Of a stretch of 41,317 nucleotides of DNA, positions 40,811 through 41,317 are shown in pieces. Below the pieces are notes generated by a model. The model was not told the origin of the DNA, ran no database searches, and was given only the letters and a program-made list of their open reading frames with translations. The translations under genes and the position numbers were made by a program. Source of the stretch: Pseudomonadales bacterium (GTDB taxonomy: Bacteria > Pseudomonadota > Gammaproteobacteria > Pseudomonadales > Azotimanducaceae); assembly GCA_022448765.1 (NCBI GenBank), contig JAKUTI010000001.1, positions 1 through 41,317 on the forward strand, read 5' to 3'. Position 1 is the stretch's first letter; each line of letters starts with the position of its first letter.

Positions 40811-41317
40811 TTAGAGTTCTGGGATTGCGAGCTTCACGACGTCCGAAAGGGTTTCGACCAACGAAAGCTCCATTTCGCCGCGGATGACTTCAGGCAGCTT
40901 CTGCAATTCAGATTCGTTTTCTTTTGGAAGAATTACGTGGCGGATGCCGGAACGATGCGCGGCAAGAATTTTCTCGCGAATCCCCCCAACAGGGAGGACG
41001 AGCCCAGAAAGTGTCAGCTCACCCGTCATCGCAATGTCGTCACGTACCTGCTTTTCGCTGTATGCCGAGGCTAACGCAGTTGCCATTGTTATCCCCGCTG
41101 AGGGGCCGTCTTTGGGGACAGCGCCCGCGGGAACATGGACGTGAACACCAGAATCTTCAATCTTTGATCTATCGATATTGAGTGCATCGGCTTCGGTCCA
41201 GATGCACGAACGCGCGGCTTTTACCGATTCCTGCATCACTTGGCCGATGTGACCGGTGATGGTCACTTTCTCGTCCTTGTGAGTCAATGAAGCCTCGACG
41301 TAGAGGACGTCACCACC
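40811..41317 (-). CDS. lon: Lon protease, C-terminal S16 proteolytic domain (5' part of the gene lies beyond the right edge)
   Basis: Catalytic-serine block VPKDGPSAGITMATAL and lysine block GGIREKILAAHRSGI. My translation shows the frame stays open to nt 41317 (GGDVLYVEASLTHKDEKVTITG...). Confidence 0.9.
   Translation of the reverse strand, partial: GGDVLYVEASLTHKDEKVTITGHIGQVMQESVKAARSCIWTEADALNIDRSKIEDSGVHVHVPAGAVPKDGPSAGITMATALASAYSEKQVRDDIAMTGELTLSGLVLPVGGIREKILAAHRSGIRHVILPKENESELQKLPEVIRGEMELSLVETLSDVVKLAIPEL

Noticed and set aside
1-41317. Search for mobile elements, CRISPR arrays, prophage or defence-island hallmarks, and rRNA/tRNA genes
   Set aside because: I saw no transposase, integrase or recombinase ORFs, no spaced direct-repeat arrays, no terminal inverted repeats flanking a block, and no structured RNA gene signatures. 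The window reads as core chromosome.

Overview
This 41.3-kb window looks like ordinary chromosome, roughly mid-50s %GC by eye, probably from an environmental (likely marine) Gram-negative proteobacterium. That taxonomic guess is inference only.

I can support 39 protein-coding genes. Two are cut by the window edges. One is an LLM-class oxidoreductase at the left edge, which is missing from the ORF track and which I translated by hand. The other is the C-terminal protease domain of Lon at the right edge. I found no rRNA, tRNA, CRISPR array, transposase, integrase or phage genes, and no recognisable transcription-factor gene.

The window is dominated by envelope transport and acyl-CoA/lipid metabolism:
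- a peptide-type ABC importer (substrate-binding protein plus two permeases)
- a PRISE-like SDR and glucokinase
- CFA synthase
- two LLM oxidoreductases
- a hydrolase and enoyl-CoA hydratase pair
- two adjacent acyl-CoA dehydrogenase genes
- a heterodimeric ABC exporter with a transglutaminase-like gene upstream
- glnS
- a CoA-transferase and a PLP dehydratase-family enzyme
- an M81 peptidase and a POT transporter
- a VOC protein and a DsbA-like protein
- a carboxyltransferase
- a nuclease-like orphan
- a PEGA/FGE-domain membrane protein
- an FAD oxidase-like protein

The best candidate for an undescribed system is a seven-gene, essentially gapless co-directional block at 10663-18121. It joins a TatT-type (TPR-protein-associated) TRAP transporter to an MlaC-like periplasmic protein, an MlaA/VacJ-like outer-membrane lipoprotein and an HpnN/MMPL-type RND transporter. 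The TRAP binding protein appears to lack the conserved carboxylate-clamping arginine. I read this block as a possible trans-envelope lipid or hydrophobic-ligand trafficking module. That reading rests on gene order plus motifs seen by eye, and I could not check databases. The other findings are lower-interest oddities.
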